Assembly: GCA_051252135.1 (NCBI GenBank)
Contig: JBPOGH010000003.1
Coordinates: forward strand, 128,001 to 192,000
Length of the DNA stretch: 64,000 bases
Source: Verrucomicrobiaceae bacterium
Lineage (GTDB): Bacteria > Verrucomicrobiota > Verrucomicrobiia > Verrucomicrobiales > Akkermansiaceae
Direction of reading: 5' to 3'
The notes beneath the pieces were generated by a model. It was given only the letters and a program-made list of their open reading frames with translations, was not told the origin of the DNA and did no database searches. Positions 50,992-61,797 of this stretch are shown one piece after another. Every line of letters starts with the position of its first letter. Position 1 is the first letter of the stretch. Both the position numbers and the translations under genes were made by a program.

Positions 50992-51237
50992 TAAGCCTCA
51001 AACCCCTTCCCAATATTCCCCTTGCCTGGCGTTGCAAAGAACATTCCTCCCCAACCAAGCCCCCAAACCCAAGCCTTAAAAAACTGAGCGTCTTAGCGAT
51101 TCAAAACCCCATCAACCAAGCCCCCATCCATCGATTCTCAATCTGCGAAATCTGCGGATAGAAAACCCCCTCAACCAAGCCTTCAACATTCAGCGTTGGA
51201 CGTTCGACCTTCAGCGTTCAAGCAACGCTCCTCTCCC

Positions 51238-52602
51238 TCAATCCAGAAACTTCCCCGGATTCAAAATCCCCTTCGGATCCAGCGCATCCTTCACCGTCAG
51301 ATGCGTCGCAAAACCCACCTCACCCAGCGCACCCCTGATCCACTTCTTCTTCGCCAGCCCCACCCCGTGCTCGCCCGTGATCGCGCCGCCATTCTTCAGC
51401 ACCCACGTAAAGAGCAGGTCCAACGCACCATCCGCCTTCTCCCGAATCACCGGATCATCGTAATCCTCCACCATCAGGTTCGTGTGAATGTTCCCGTCCC
51501 CCGCATGCCCAAAGCACGCCACCGGAATCCCCGTCTTCTCCTGCAAGCCCGCCGCAAAATCCGCCAGCTCCACGAGCTTCGATCTCGGCACCACCACATC
51601 CTCGTTCAGCTTCGTCAGCCCCGTCGCCCGCAGCGAGTACGAAAAATCTCTTCTTAACTGCCACACCGCCTCACACGCCTCCGCATCGGCATGCAGATCG
51701 GTCGACAACGCCCCCACTTCCTTCAGCAAATCGCGCAGCTCCTCCAGCTCACTCGCAATCGCCCGCGTCCGGCCATCCAGCTCCACAATCAAATGCGCAT
51801 TCCCGTCCGGCAAACAACTCTCCCCCAAATGAGCCCGCGCCGCCTTCAGCGTAAACTGATCCGTAATCTCCAGCGCCGATGGCAAATGCCCCGCATTGAG
51901 AATCGCCTGCACCGCTCCCGCCGCATTGCTGAACTCCGCAAAGGTCGCCGTCAGCATCGCCCGATCCTGCGGATGCGGAATGATCCGCAGCGTCGCCTCC
52001 GTGATCACCCCCAACATCCCTTCGCTTCCCACAAAGAGATGAAGCAAATCAAAACCCGTCTTATTCTTATGACAACGCCCACCCACCCGCAGCACCTCCC
52101 CGCTCGCCAGCACCACCTCAAGCCCCAGCACATAATTCTTCGTCACCCCGTATTTCAAACAACGCGGCCCCCCCGCATTCGTCGCCAGATTCCCCCCGAT
52201 CGAGCACTCCTTCAGCGACGCCGGATCCGGCGGATAATACCACCCCAACTCGCTCACCGCATCCTGAACCGCCTTCGTAATCACCCCCGGCTGCGTCACC
52301 ACCACCCCGTCCGTCGGCGCGATTTCCAAAATCTCATTCATCCGCGCCACCGACAGCGCAATCCCACCCTTCACCGGCACACATCCCCCCACATAACCAA
52401 TCCCCGCCCCCCGCGTCGTCACCGGAATCTCCCGCTCATGCGCAAACTTCATCACCGCCACCACATCATCCCGCGACTCCGCAAACACCACCACATCCGG
52501 CAGATGCGCATAATTCCACTTATCGATCGCATGCACCTCCAACACCTCCGCCATCGCAGAAACCTTCCCCTCACCCAGCAGCTCGCGCAGTTCATCAATC
52601 AC
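51238..52602 (-). CDS. FAD-linked oxidase, GlcD / D-lactate dehydrogenase family
   Basis: YPPDPAS, IGGNLATNAGG, GSEGMLG, GHAGDGNIH, GEHGVG and LNPGK. GTG 52602 preferred as start. Confidence 0.9.
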   Translation of the reverse strand: MIDELRELLGEGKVSAMAEVLEVHAIDKWNYAHLPDVVVFAESRDDVVAVMKFAHEREIPVTTRGAGIGYVGGCVPVKGGIALSVARMNEILEIAPTDGVVVTQPGVITKAVQDAVSELGWYYPPDPASLKECSIGGNLATNAGGPRCLKYGVTKNYVLGLEVVLASGEVLRVGGRCHKNKTGFDLLHLFVGSEGMLGVITEATLRIIPHPQDRAMLTATFAEFSNAAGAVQAILNAGHLPSALEITDQFTLKAARAHLGESCLPDGNAHLIVELDGRTRAIASELEELRDLLKEVGALSTDLHADAEACEAVWQLRRDFSYSLRATGLTKLNEDVVVPRSKLVELADFAAGLQEKTGIPVACFGHAGDGNIHTNLMVEDYDDPVIREKADGALDLLFTWVLKNGGAITGEHGVGLAKKKWIRGALGEVGFATHLTVKDALDPKGILNPGKFLD

Positions 52603-52994
52603 GCCCTCTTTTGTAGCGGCGGGCTGTGACCGTCGCAAGCCCCGTTCAAAGTTCAGAGCCCCCACCCCCAAAGGAGTCGCGACGCCCCCACCGCTTCCCA
52701 ACCAAGCCTCTCCCGTTCAAATCCAAATGTCCGGTGCCCACCCCAACCAAACCCTTCAAGGTCCATCGTCCATCGTCCATCGTCCGTCACTCGAGCCCTC
52801 CTCAACCAAGCTCTCCCGTTCAAATCTAAATGTTAGATGTTAAATGTTCGGTGTTCCTCTCCTCCCCCCCAACCAGGCCCCTTTCCGTTCAAGATTCCTG
52901 CTCACTGTTCAGAGCTCAAATCCCCTCCCCAACCAAGCCTTCTCAATTTTCAATTAGTGATAGCATCCGCGCCCAAACTTCGTAAAAATCTCCC

Positions 52995-55900
52995 ATGCGC
53001 TTCGCATTATCCCTTCTCCTCCTCGCTTCGCCCCTCCTTGCGAAAGATATCGCCCAAAGTCCCAAGCTCCACGCCAAAGACTCCCAACGTCTCCACAATC
53101 TCTCCGCAGAGATCGCCGACCTCGAAACCCTCGAGCTCTTCGTCAGCGACCTCGGTAACTATTCCTGCGACTGGGCCGCATGGGTCAACCCCACTTTCCA
53201 CACCAAGGACGGCAAAAAAATCCCCGTCACCAAAGAGCACGTCGCCCATGCCGACCAACAATGGAAGGACCTCCAATTCAACAAGTCCGTAGGCGGCGGC
53301 AGCCTCTCCATCAATGGAAAGACCTTCGAGCACGGCCTCGGCACCCACGCCAAATCCACCGTTCAACTCCGCGTTCCCGCAGGTGCCGTCAAGTTCACAG
53401 CCCAAGTCGGCATCGATGACGGAGGAGCCATGCAAGGAGGCTCCCTCACCGACGCCTCCGTCCAGTTCACCATCCGCACCCCCAAGGACCCCAACGCCCC
53501 TTGGGAACCCGAAACATCACCCCAGGTCGTCGACACCTCCGCCTTCGAGGTCATGGGCGATCTCGAGGTCTCCGTCTGGGCCTCCACCCCTCACCTTTAC
53601 AACCCCACCAACATGGACATCGACCACGCCGGCCGCGTCTGGGTTGCCGAGGGCGTCAACTACCGCCGCCACAACGGCCGCCGCCCCGGTGGCGACCGCA
53701 TCGCCGTCCTCCAGGACACCAATGGCGACGGAAAATGCGACTCCTCCCACACCTTCGTTCAGGAAAAAGGCCTCATCGCCCCACTCGGCGTCGCCGTCTT
53801 TGACAACGTCATCTACGTCTCCCAACCACCCGAACTCCTCCGCTACACCGACGTCAACCGCGACCTCAAATTCGACCCCTCCGTCGACAAGCGCGAGGTC
53901 ATCCTCACCGGCTTCAACGCGCGGAACCACGACCACTCACTCCACTCCGTCACCGCCGGCCCCGATGGCAAACTCTACTTCAACAACGGCAACTGCGGCG
54001 CCGTCTTCCAGGACAAGACCGGCAACAATTTCTACATGACCGGCGTCTACAAAGGCGGCGGCGGCGAATTCCTCACCGACCACATCTCCGTCGCAGGCAA
54101 GGCCTCCGATGACGGACACGTCTGGTCCTCCGGCTTCACCGCCCGCATGGACCCCGATGGCTCCAATGTCAAAATCACCGGCCACGGCTACCGCAACTCC
54201 TACGAACAATCACTCACCTCCTTCGGCGACGCCTTCCAGAATGACAACGACGATCCACCGGCCTGCCGCGTCTCCTTCATCATGGAATACGGAAACGCCG
54301 GCTACTTCACCCGCGATGCCAAACGCTACTACCGCGACTCCAAACGCCCCAATCAGGACCACGGCCGCGCCCACTGGCGTCAGGATGACCCCGGCACCAT
54401 GGACGCCGGTGACATCTACGGCGGCGGCTCCCCCACCGGCGTCACCATGTATGAAAATGGGGCCCTCGGTGCAGACTTCGTCGGCTCCTTCCTCTCCTGC
54501 GAGCCCGGCCGGAACATCATCTTCCACTACCAGCCCACCCCAAAGGGCGCCAACTTCAACCTCGAGCGCAAAAGCTTCCTCACCACCAACGTCACCGATG
54601 AATTCTACGGCTCCGACTTCGTAGGCGGCACCCGCAAGCTCGCCAAGGAAACCAAGTTCAACTTCCGCCCCTCCGATGTCACCGTTGGACCGGATGGCGC
54701 CATCTACGTCACCGACTGGTTCGACCCCCGCGTCGGCGGCCATGCCGACCTCGATGACTCCTGCTCCGGCACCATCTACCGCATCGCCCCCAAGGGCTTC
54801 CAGCCCGCCGTCCCCGCCTTCGATCTCAACACCGTCGAGGGAGCCATCACCGCCCTTCAATCACCCGCCATCAACACCCGCTACCTCGGCTTTGGCGCAT
54901 TGAAGGAAAAAGGCGAAGCCGCCTTCCCCGCCGTCAAAGCACTCCTCGACCACCCCAATAAATTCATCGCCGCCCGCGCCATCTGGGTCCTCCCCCACCT
55001 CGGAGACGCCGGAACCGTCGCCACCGTCGAACTCCTCGGCCACCCCGAGCCCCAGGTCCGCATCGCCGCCTACCGCGCCCTCCGCCGCATCGGAGCCGAT
55101 GTCATCACCCATGCCCAAAAGCTCGCCAACGACCCCGACCCCGGCGTCCGCCGCGACATCGCACTCTCCCTCCGCGACATCCCCGCCGCCCAGACCAAGA
55201 GCATCTTCGTCACCCTCGCCTCCCAGGTCGATGTCAATGACAAGAACGCCCTCGAAGCCATCGGCCTCGGAGCCGCCAACCAGGAAAGCGCCATCTGGAC
55301 CGCCCTCAAAGCCGGCCTCAACCCCGGCGCCCCCGCCGACTGGGACGAGCGCTTCATCCGCCTCACCTGGCGTCTCTGGCCCGCCGCCGCCGTCCCGGAC
55401 CTCGAAGCCCGCGCCAGCAACCCCGCCCTCTCCGCCGAAGCCCGCGCCTTCGCCATCGAAAGCCTCGCCTTCATCAACCACCGCTCCGCCGCCTCCGCCA
55501 TCATCAACCTCGCCGATCAACCCGACACCAAAAAGGACGCCACCTTCTGGCTCTTCCGCAACGCCCTCGGCGAATGGAAGGACTTCGGCCTCATGGACCA
55601 ACTCAAAAAACGCGGCATCTATGATCCCGACACCGTCGTCGTCACCTCCATCACCGTCCCCAAGGCCGACAAGCCCAAGTTCAGTGTCGAGGACGTCCTC
55701 AAGCTCACCGGCGACCCCGAAAAAGGCAAAGCCGCAGCCAACCGCTGCATCATGTGCCACGAGTTCAACGGCCTCGGCGTCAACTACGGACCCAACCTCA
55801 AAGGCTGGGGCACCGCCCAACCCGCCGACGTCATCGCCCGCGCCCTCATCGAACCCTCGGCCGACATCGCCCACGGCTTCGGCGGCACCCGGATCGAGCT

Positions 55901-56111
55901 CAAGAACGGCACCATCCTCGAAGGCCTCACCTTCGGAAAAACCGACCCCACCACCGTCATCTCCACCGGAGGAGTCACCCAACTCGTCCCCCGCAAAATG
56001 ATCAAAAAGGAGTCCAAAAAGAAACCCTCCCTCATGCTCTCCGCCGACCAACTCGGCCTCACCCCCCAAGACGTCGCAGACCTCGTCGCCTTCCTCAAAG
56101 TCTACAAGTAA
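52995..56111 (+). CDS. PVC-type haem-binding CxxCH protein (NPCBM + membrane-bound dehydrogenase propeller + HEAT repeats + cytochrome c)
   Basis: HGLGTHA NPCBM motif, NPTNMDIDHAGRVWVAE, RPSDVTVGPDGAIY and CIMCH..YGPNL. Confidence 0.88.
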   Translation: MRFALSLLLLASPLLAKDIAQSPKLHAKDSQRLHNLSAEIADLETLELFVSDLGNYSCDWAAWVNPTFHTKDGKKIPVTKEHVAHADQQWKDLQFNKSVGGGSLSINGKTFEHGLGTHAKSTVQLRVPAGAVKFTAQVGIDDGGAMQGGSLTDASVQFTIRTPKDPNAPWEPETSPQVVDTSAFEVMGDLEVSVWASTPHLYNPTNMDIDHAGRVWVAEGVNYRRHNGRRPGGDRIAVLQDTNGDGKCDSSHTFVQEKGLIAPLGVAVFDNVIYVSQPPELLRYTDVNRDLKFDPSVDKREVILTGFNARNHDHSLHSVTAGPDGKLYFNNGNCGAVFQDKTGNNFYMTGVYKGGGGEFLTDHISVAGKASDDGHVWSSGFTARMDPDGSNVKITGHGYRNSYEQSLTSFGDAFQNDNDDPPACRVSFIMEYGNAGYFTRDAKRYYRDSKRPNQDHGRAHWRQDDPGTMDAGDIYGGGSPTGVTMYENGALGADFVGSFLSCEPGRNIIFHYQPTPKGANFNLERKSFLTTNVTDEFYGSDFVGGTRKLAKETKFNFRPSDVTVGPDGAIYVTDWFDPRVGGHADLDDSCSGTIYRIAPKGFQPAVPAFDLNTVEGAITALQSPAINTRYLGFGALKEKGEAAFPAVKALLDHPNKFIAARAIWVLPHLGDAGTVATVELLGHPEPQVRIAAYRALRRIGADVITHAQKLANDPDPGVRRDIALSLRDIPAAQTKSIFVTLASQVDVNDKNALEAIGLGAANQESAIWTALKAGLNPGAPADWDERFIRLTWRLWPAAAVPDLEARASNPALSAEARAFAIESLAFINHRSAASAIINLADQPDTKKDATFWLFRNALGEWKDFGLMDQLKKRGIYDPDTVVVTSITVPKADKPKFSVEDVLKLTGDPEKGKAAANRCIMCHEFNGLGVNYGPNLKGWGTAQPADVIARALIEPSADIAHGFGGTRIELKNGTILEGLTFGKTDPTTVISTGGVTQLVPRKMIKKESKKKPSLMLSADQLGLTPQDVADLVAFLKVYK

Positions 56112-56155
56112 GCCAATAAGGAGAGCGGGCGTCCCGCCCGCTTCCACAACCCAAG

Positions 56156-56191
56156 CAAAAGGCGGCCCAACCGGCCGCCTTTTTCATGCCT
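56156..56191 (+). terminator. Terminator hairpin; left copy of a 36-bp direct repeat
   Basis: CAAAAGGCGGCCCAACCGGCCGCCTTTTTCATGCCT. Confidence 0.85.
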
Positions 56192-56346
56192 CCCTTCCCC
56201 AACCAGGAAAGGAGTCGCGGCGCCCCCGCCGCTTAGCTTCGCATGCCCGGACCGCGAACCGGAACAGAGTGGAGCTGGAATGCATTGGAAATAGCCAATG
56301 GCAAATAGCCTTTAAGCAACTTCAGCTCCCTTCTCAACCAAGCTTC

Positions 56347-57012
56347 CTACCCCCTCCGCTTCCTCCTTAAACACAACAGCAAAGCAACTCCGGAAAACGC
56401 AACCGACGACGGCTCCGGAATAATACGAATTTCCTCAAGCTCAAAACTGAATTGCTCCGTCCGTGCTTCAAACGTGAAGCCGATAAAACCAAAGGAATCT
56501 AGTGAATCATTATGGCCAAAAATCGCATTCTCTAGTGGCACAAACAAGGTGCCTTCTTCGATGATCGTTCTCGGTCGGGAATCTGAAATCACCCCACTAA
56601 ATCCAAGCCCGGTTACAAGTGTTCCTTCCCCGGTTAAATTAACAAAATCAAATTCGAATCCAGTATACCCTAAAAGACTGAGCGGCCCGCCTCCGTTGTA
56701 GCCCATCACAACTGCAACAGGTGAAATCGGCGGTATTGGCGCATCCACATTCATCGAGAATTTCCCCAGCGTGGAATCTACTCCCGCCATCGCAATCCCG
56801 ACCCCAACTCTTCGAGGAACAATTCCCGCTTCTCTTTCCTCAACAAAATCTGAGACAACCCCGCTTGGAAAAGCGACCTCAGACCCACTCGACGAAATCA
56901 CGAATCCCGACTCATCAAAAGTATCGAGAATGAGAGCGGCCTTCGACGCTGACACCAAAACAAAAGCAATGAACGGGTATCGTGAGTTTCGAAAAAGCTG
57001 AAATGCGCTCAT
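56347..57012 (-). CDS. PEP-CTERM protein
   Basis: C-terminal IPEPSSVAFSGVALLLCLRRKRRG; signal peptide from ATG 57012. Confidence 0.85.
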   Translation of the reverse strand: MSAFQLFRNSRYPFIAFVLVSASKAALILDTFDESGFVISSSGSEVAFPSGVVSDFVEEREAGIVPRRVGVGIAMAGVDSTLGKFSMNVDAPIPPISPVAVVMGYNGGGPLSLLGYTGFEFDFVNLTGEGTLVTGLGFSGVISDSRPRTIIEEGTLFVPLENAIFGHNDSLDSFGFIGFTFEARTEQFSFELEEIRIIPEPSSVAFSGVALLLCLRRKRRG

Positions 57013-57100
57013 AGGGTTAAGAGTAAAATTACGCCCGATCCACCAACCGAACAAACCAAAAGGGATTTCCAAAACGTCCCCACTCGCCCCCCGCCTCTCC

Positions 57101-57135
57101 CACCATTTCACCATTTCACCATTTCACCATTTCAC
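57101..57135 (+). repeat. Octamer microsatellite (CACCATTT)4
   Basis: Four perfect copies. Confidence 0.9.
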
Positions 57136-57210
57136 TCGTCGCCCGCGCCGCCCAACAACACCACCTATTAAAGCCAGCTCTACATTAAGCTTCATTGAAT
57201 CCCTTTGCTG

Positions 57211-59469
57211 CTAGGGCATGACTTCTTCCACACGGAAATGCTTCATCGCCTGATTCTGAATCGAGTAGAATCTCTGAATGAGTTCTCCGTTCCCCGCAAT
57301 CCCATCTTCTTCTATATTCCATGTTTCCAGATCCAACGAGCTTTCAATCCGGTAGGTCGTGCCAATTGCAGAGGTAAAAGTGAACTCAATCGCCGTTCTC
57401 ACCTCTGCAACAAGCGCCGGCTTATCAAGGATGTCCGTCGGTGATTTGCCAGTCTGGACCTCATAGCCGTCAAGAAAACCATCTCTATCCGTGTCCGCCA
57501 CCATGGGCAGAGTCCCGTGGGTGTTTACTTCCTCTCCGTCAGACAAGCCATCGTCATCCGAATCGCCGTCCAATGGGTCCGTGAAATGGACCAACAGCTC
57601 CTCGGAGTCACTGAGTCCATCACGATCCGAGTCAGCAAGTTTAGGATTCGTACCGTGGATATTCTCTTCATCCTCATCCAGTAATCCATCCCCATCATCG
57701 TCGGTGTCGGCATTGTCTCCCGTCCCGTCATCATCTGAGTCGAGCCACTCATTGATATCAAGAGGCAACGCATCCTCGCCATCCTCCACCCCATCGCCAT
57801 CGGAATCCTTCTCTGCTGGGTTCGTCCCTAACTCCACAATTTCCTCATAGTTCGTCAGCCCGTCCTCATCATCATCCTTGGTATCGGGAGCAAAGATCGC
57901 CGTAATCGTCTTATCAGAATCCATAATCACCGAGAGCGGGTTGTCATCGCCTGCGGCATCACCCGACCACATCGAAAAAAGATATCCCGGATCACCCGTA
58001 GCTTCGAGAGTCGCTGTGGTATTGAATGCGTGCGATCCTCCTCCGGAAACCGATCCATTCACTCCCCCTGATGTGAAGAGCCACGGGTCTCGTATCTCGA
58101 TCGAAAAACTTTGAACTGCATCTTCTAAAAAACCAATCGAAGCCGCGATCGTGCCCGTAAAAGTGCCCGGTGTCGTCGGAGTTCCTGAAATCGCGCCCTC
58201 ACTCGTAAGCGAGACTCCGGGTGGAAGTGACCCCGACGTGAGCGAAAAAGTCGGCTCCGGAATACCCGTTCCCGTGCACAGGTGACTATATGCCAACCCA
58301 ACCCGCCCCATCGCCGGAGGAGGCACGCTGCTAATCTGCGGAGCCTGCAATGGATAAGCGGTGTAACCCTGCCAAGAGGGTGAGCTAAAACCCTGCGTCC
58401 CGGATAAGTAATAAACCGTGAAGCCACTTCCCGCCAATGCGAAGACATTCTCTTCCATCGAAGGGGAAACGCCAAGGAAGATAGCTTTGGTGAGATTGCT
58501 ACAGCCATTGAACGCATTTGCCCTGATACTGGTGACGCTTCCCGGGAATGTAACGTTGGTCAGGCCGCTACAGCCGCTGAACGCCCTAGCTTCTACCAAG
58601 GTAACACCTTCAGGGATTGTAATGTTGGTGAGGCTGCTGCAGTTGAGGAATGTTTCTTCCTCAATCGTAATCGTGCTGTCAGGAATAGTGACGCTAGTGA
58701 GGCTGCTGCAATCCCGGAAAGTATATCCCCCAATATGCGTAACACTGTCAGGAATAGCGATTTCCGTGAGGCTACTACAACCTGTGAATGCACCTTGAAG
58801 ACGGGTCACCCCATCAGGAATAATGACATCATTCAGACTGGTGCAATTTCCAAAAGTAAAACCCAAAATATTCTTAAGACCTTTCGGGAGCTTGACGCTC
58901 GTCAAACTACTGCAATTGATAAACGCTTCTTCTTCTATAGAAGTTACGCTATCTGGAATACTTACACTTATCAAGCTAGTACAATCCCAAAAGGTAGAAG
59001 GTTGTATCTTTGTGACACCCTCAGGAATAGTTACGCTAGTCAGACTGGAACACTCTCGGAAAGCATTAAATCCTATCGTCTCCACGCTGGCCGGAATAGT
59101 GATTTGGGCGAGGCTGCTGCAACCCAAAAATGCGCCGTCAGGCCATCTTCCAAGTATCGTCGTGACCCCGTCAGGGATGACAACCTCTGTCAGGTCCTTA
59201 CAGCCGAGAAAAGCGCTACTTCCAATAGTGGTAACGGGTTTTCCGGCAATGGTTTTAGGGATTTCAACCAAACCAGTCGCAGCTATCGGGTAGTCTGTAA
59301 TCGTAATGTAGGAACCGTTATCAATATAGGTGAAATCATCAAAAATATCAGCTTCGCTTGAGCTAATTAGACAACAAATTAAAAAGATGATCTTCGAACA
59401 ATCATCGATTGATACTCGCACCTTCCAAGGTTTCACAACAACTGGAAAATATTTCAAAGATTCATTCAT
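57211..59469 (-). CDS. BspA-type leucine-rich-repeat surface protein with Ig, InlB-B-like and Ca-binding DxDxDG repeats
   Basis: About 11 TpLRR repeats ([15 protein letters not shown]...AF), [20 protein letters not shown] and many DSDGDG repeats. Start uncertain. Confidence 0.9.
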   Translation of the reverse strand: MNESLKYFPVVVKPWKVRVSIDDCSKIIFLICCLISSSEADIFDDFTYIDNGSYITITDYPIAATGLVEIPKTIAGKPVTTIGSSAFLGCKDLTEVVIPDGVTTILGRWPDGAFLGCSSLAQITIPASVETIGFNAFRECSSLTSVTIPEGVTKIQPSTFWDCTSLISVSIPDSVTSIEEEAFINCSSLTSVKLPKGLKNILGFTFGNCTSLNDVIIPDGVTRLQGAFTGCSSLTEIAIPDSVTHIGGYTFRDCSSLTSVTIPDSTITIEEETFLNCSSLTNITIPEGVTLVEARAFSGCSGLTNVTFPGSVTSIRANAFNGCSNLTKAIFLGVSPSMEENVFALAGSGFTVYYLSGTQGFSSPSWQGYTAYPLQAPQISSVPPPAMGRVGLAYSHLCTGTGIPEPTFSLTSGSLPPGVSLTSEGAISGTPTTPGTFTGTIAASIGFLEDAVQSFSIEIRDPWLFTSGGVNGSVSGGGSHAFNTTATLEATGDPGYLFSMWSGDAAGDDNPLSVIMDSDKTITAIFAPDTKDDDEDGLTNYEEIVELGTNPAEKDSDGDGVEDGEDALPLDINEWLDSDDDGTGDNADTDDDGDGLLDEDEENIHGTNPKLADSDRDGLSDSEELLVHFTDPLDGDSDDDGLSDGEEVNTHGTLPMVADTDRDGFLDGYEVQTGKSPTDILDKPALVAEVRTAIEFTFTSAIGTTYRIESSLDLETWNIEEDGIAGNGELIQRFYSIQNQAMKHFRVEEVMP

Positions 59470-59658
59470 CGGTAAATCCTTAGGATACACCCTGTCAACA
59501 GCAAGAAAAATCCCTAAAATAGCGCGGTTACTCAAAGTTTTAGATTTATCTCCACTTCAATACCTGCGCTTCCAACCACTCTTACAAACGAGCAATCGAC
59601 CGTTGGTATTTACCCGATTGATGACCCACTCAACTTGAAGCACTAGACACCCAATTCC

Positions 59659-59729
59659 TCACTCCTTTCGATAGACCGAACCCTCGAGATCCATCACGTA
59701 AAGCGCCCCGTTTCACCCCCCACCCCAAA
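59659..59729 (-). pseudogene. Fossil 3' end of a GSDH-family gene
   Basis: Minus strand reads GALYVMDLEGSVYRKE*, versus GGLYVMDLEGSVYRMK* at the end of the gene at 19791. Confidence 0.8.
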
Positions 59730-59761
59730 AGGAGGCCTACCCGGCCGCCTTTTTCATGCCT
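59726..59761 (+). repeat. Right copy of the 36-bp terminator direct repeat
   Basis: CAAAAGGAGGCCTACCCGGCCGCCTTTTTCATGCCT, 33/36 identical to 56156-56191. Confidence 0.85.
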
Positions 59762-59937
59762 GGGACTCCATAGCTCTTACCCAAGTGCCTATCCTAAGAG
59801 CCAGCTAAGCCCCCCACTCGCCCCCACCAAAAACACCAAAAGACAAAGTCAATTTGTCCGGCTTCCTCATTGTCTCCCAATAAAAGGGCAGAACACCCCG
59901 ACCGCACCCGCGACCCGGGGTCCAACCCAAACAGACA

Positions 59938-60531
59938 ATGAAAAACACCTCATTCAACAAAGGAAGCGCAGCCCTCATCGCCACCCTCGCCCTCGCCTCT
60001 CTCGGACTTAGCCAGCAGGCCAGCGCCGGGATCGTCTGGCTTGTCACGCACGATGGCTCCGATCTCACCATCACCAGCTCCGGCAGCCTCGACCTCACCG
60101 GCACCTCCATGGTCTTTGGCGGCGCTGCCAACCAAGCCGGCGTCAATCACGACTCCACCATCTTCATCAACGCCCCCTCCACTAGAATTGGCAACGCCGG
60201 CACCGTCTCCGGAAACGACCCTTGGGTTTCTCCCTTTATCGAAGCCTCCTCCTATTCCGGAGACATCTTTGGAACGTCCGGAACGTGGATCTTCTACCAC
60301 GAATCTGGCCCCTCCTCTCCCGGCGTCATCACCCCCGTCTCAACCATGACTTTCGACGGCCTCTCGGTCGCCGACGCCTTCGGAACCAACCTCGATGCCG
60401 GCCCCGTCATCCTCTGGACCGCCAACTCCACCGGCGACACCATTTCCGTCGCCCTCGTCCCCGAACCCTCCTCCGCTCTCCTCCTCGGCCTCAGCACCAT
60501 CTCCCTCCTCCTCCGCCGCTCTCGATGTTAA
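59938..60531 (+). CDS. PEP-CTERM protein
   Basis: Signal peptide; VPEPSSALLLGLSTISLLLRRSRC. Confidence 0.9.
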   Translation: MKNTSFNKGSAALIATLALASLGLSQQASAGIVWLVTHDGSDLTITSSGSLDLTGTSMVFGGAANQAGVNHDSTIFINAPSTRIGNAGTVSGNDPWVSPFIEASSYSGDIFGTSGTWIFYHESGPSSPGVITPVSTMTFDGLSVADAFGTNLDAGPVILWTANSTGDTISVALVPEPSSALLLGLSTISLLLRRSRC

Positions 60532-60681
60532 AACCCTCATCCTTACGCCTCCTCATCCAAGCTCCCCCATCCAAGCCCCCAACCATCTGCGTCAATCGGC
60601 GTAATCTGCGGACACCTCCTCCACAACCCAGGCCCTCATTTCAGAGTTCACTGTTCCCTGTTCGGAGTCCACTGTTCACCC

Positions 60682-61797
60682 ATGTCTCTCACCGCACGCG
60701 GCGCCGCCCTCATCGGGGCTTCGTGTGCCCTCCTCATCCTCGGTATTCTCAAAATCGACGGCGCCCTCATCGCCATCGGTGCCGCCGGCATCCTCCTCTT
60801 CATCGTCGTCATCCTCATCGGACGACTCAACCTCTCCCGCCTCACCATCGCCATCGAGGCCCCCGCCCGCGTCTTCGCCGATACCGCCTTCGACTTCCGC
60901 CTCACCCTCCTCAACCCCCGCCATTTCCTCGATGCCCAAGGCATCAAAATGAAACTCTCCCTCTCCGGCCGCGCCCACATCCACAGCCACGCCGCCTGGA
61001 CCGCCGCCCGCTCCTCCTCCACTTCCAAACTCCGCGGCTCCATCCCCACCCGCGGCGCCGTCAAAAACCACCCCTGCCAGCTCACTTCCACCTTCCCCCT
61101 CGGCATCCTCGAGCACCGCCGCACCACCAGCGTCACCCGCGAGATGCTCGTCTTCCCACGCTCCCTCGTCCCCAGGGAATTCTTCTCCTCCGGCGAGTTC
61201 GATGACGCCTGGGAGGGCACCGGCCACCAATCCGGCGACTCCCCCGGCGAACCCCGCGGCCTCCGCCCCTTCCGCCCCGGCGACCCCGCCAAAAACATCC
61301 ACTGGCCCGCCACCATGCGCTCCCTCGCCCGCGGCCGCTCCCCCCGCGTCCGCGAGTTCGACCCACCCGGCTTCCGCCCCCGCCGCGCCACCGTCCTCTT
61401 CCACTCCTTCGGAACCGATGGCGCCCTCATCCGCACCGACTACTTCGAGCGCGCACTCTCCCTCCTCTGCGGCACCCTTCGCCACCTCCGCCGCATCGGC
61501 GTCCCCGCCTCCCTCACCGCCGACTTCCTCTCCTGGCAAACCGCCCCCACCTTCCAGTCCCACGATTGGAATGAAACCCTCACCCTCCTCGCCCGCTGCC
61601 AACGCACCCCGGACACCGAGGCCCACGACCTCCTCGCCGCCATCCACGCCGCCCCTCCCGGCGACGCCCTCCTCATCGTCTCCGACATGCCCCCCGAATC
61701 CTGGCAAAACATCCTCCCGGATCGCTCCGTCCTCATCGTCGACATCCGCCAGCACCACTTCGCCAACAAATCCCTCAGCTTCCGCAAAATCGGATGA
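60682..61797 (+). CDS. DUF58 domain protein
   Basis: N-terminal TMs; FPLG and LRPFRPGDPAKNIHWPAT..VREF. Confidence 0.85.
   Translation: MSLTARGAALIGASCALLILGILKIDGALIAIGAAGILLFIVVILIGRLNLSRLTIAIEAPARVFADTAFDFRLTLLNPRHFLDAQGIKMKLSLSGRAHIHSHAAWTAARSSSTSKLRGSIPTRGAVKNHPCQLTSTFPLGILEHRRTTSVTREMLVFPRSLVPREFFSSGEFDDAWEGTGHQSGDSPGEPRGLRPFRPGDPAKNIHWPATMRSLARGRSPRVREFDPPGFRPRRATVLFHSFGTDGALIRTDYFERALSLLCGTLRHLRRIGVPASLTADFLSWQTAPTFQSHDWNETLTLLARCQRTPDTEAHDLLAAIHAAPPGDALLIVSDMPPESWQNILPDRSVLIVDIRQHHFANKSLSFRKIG

Noticed and set aside
49680..51000. Integron cassette array
   Set aside because: No integrase and no convincing attC (RYYYAAC...GTTRRRY) pairs could be found by eye.
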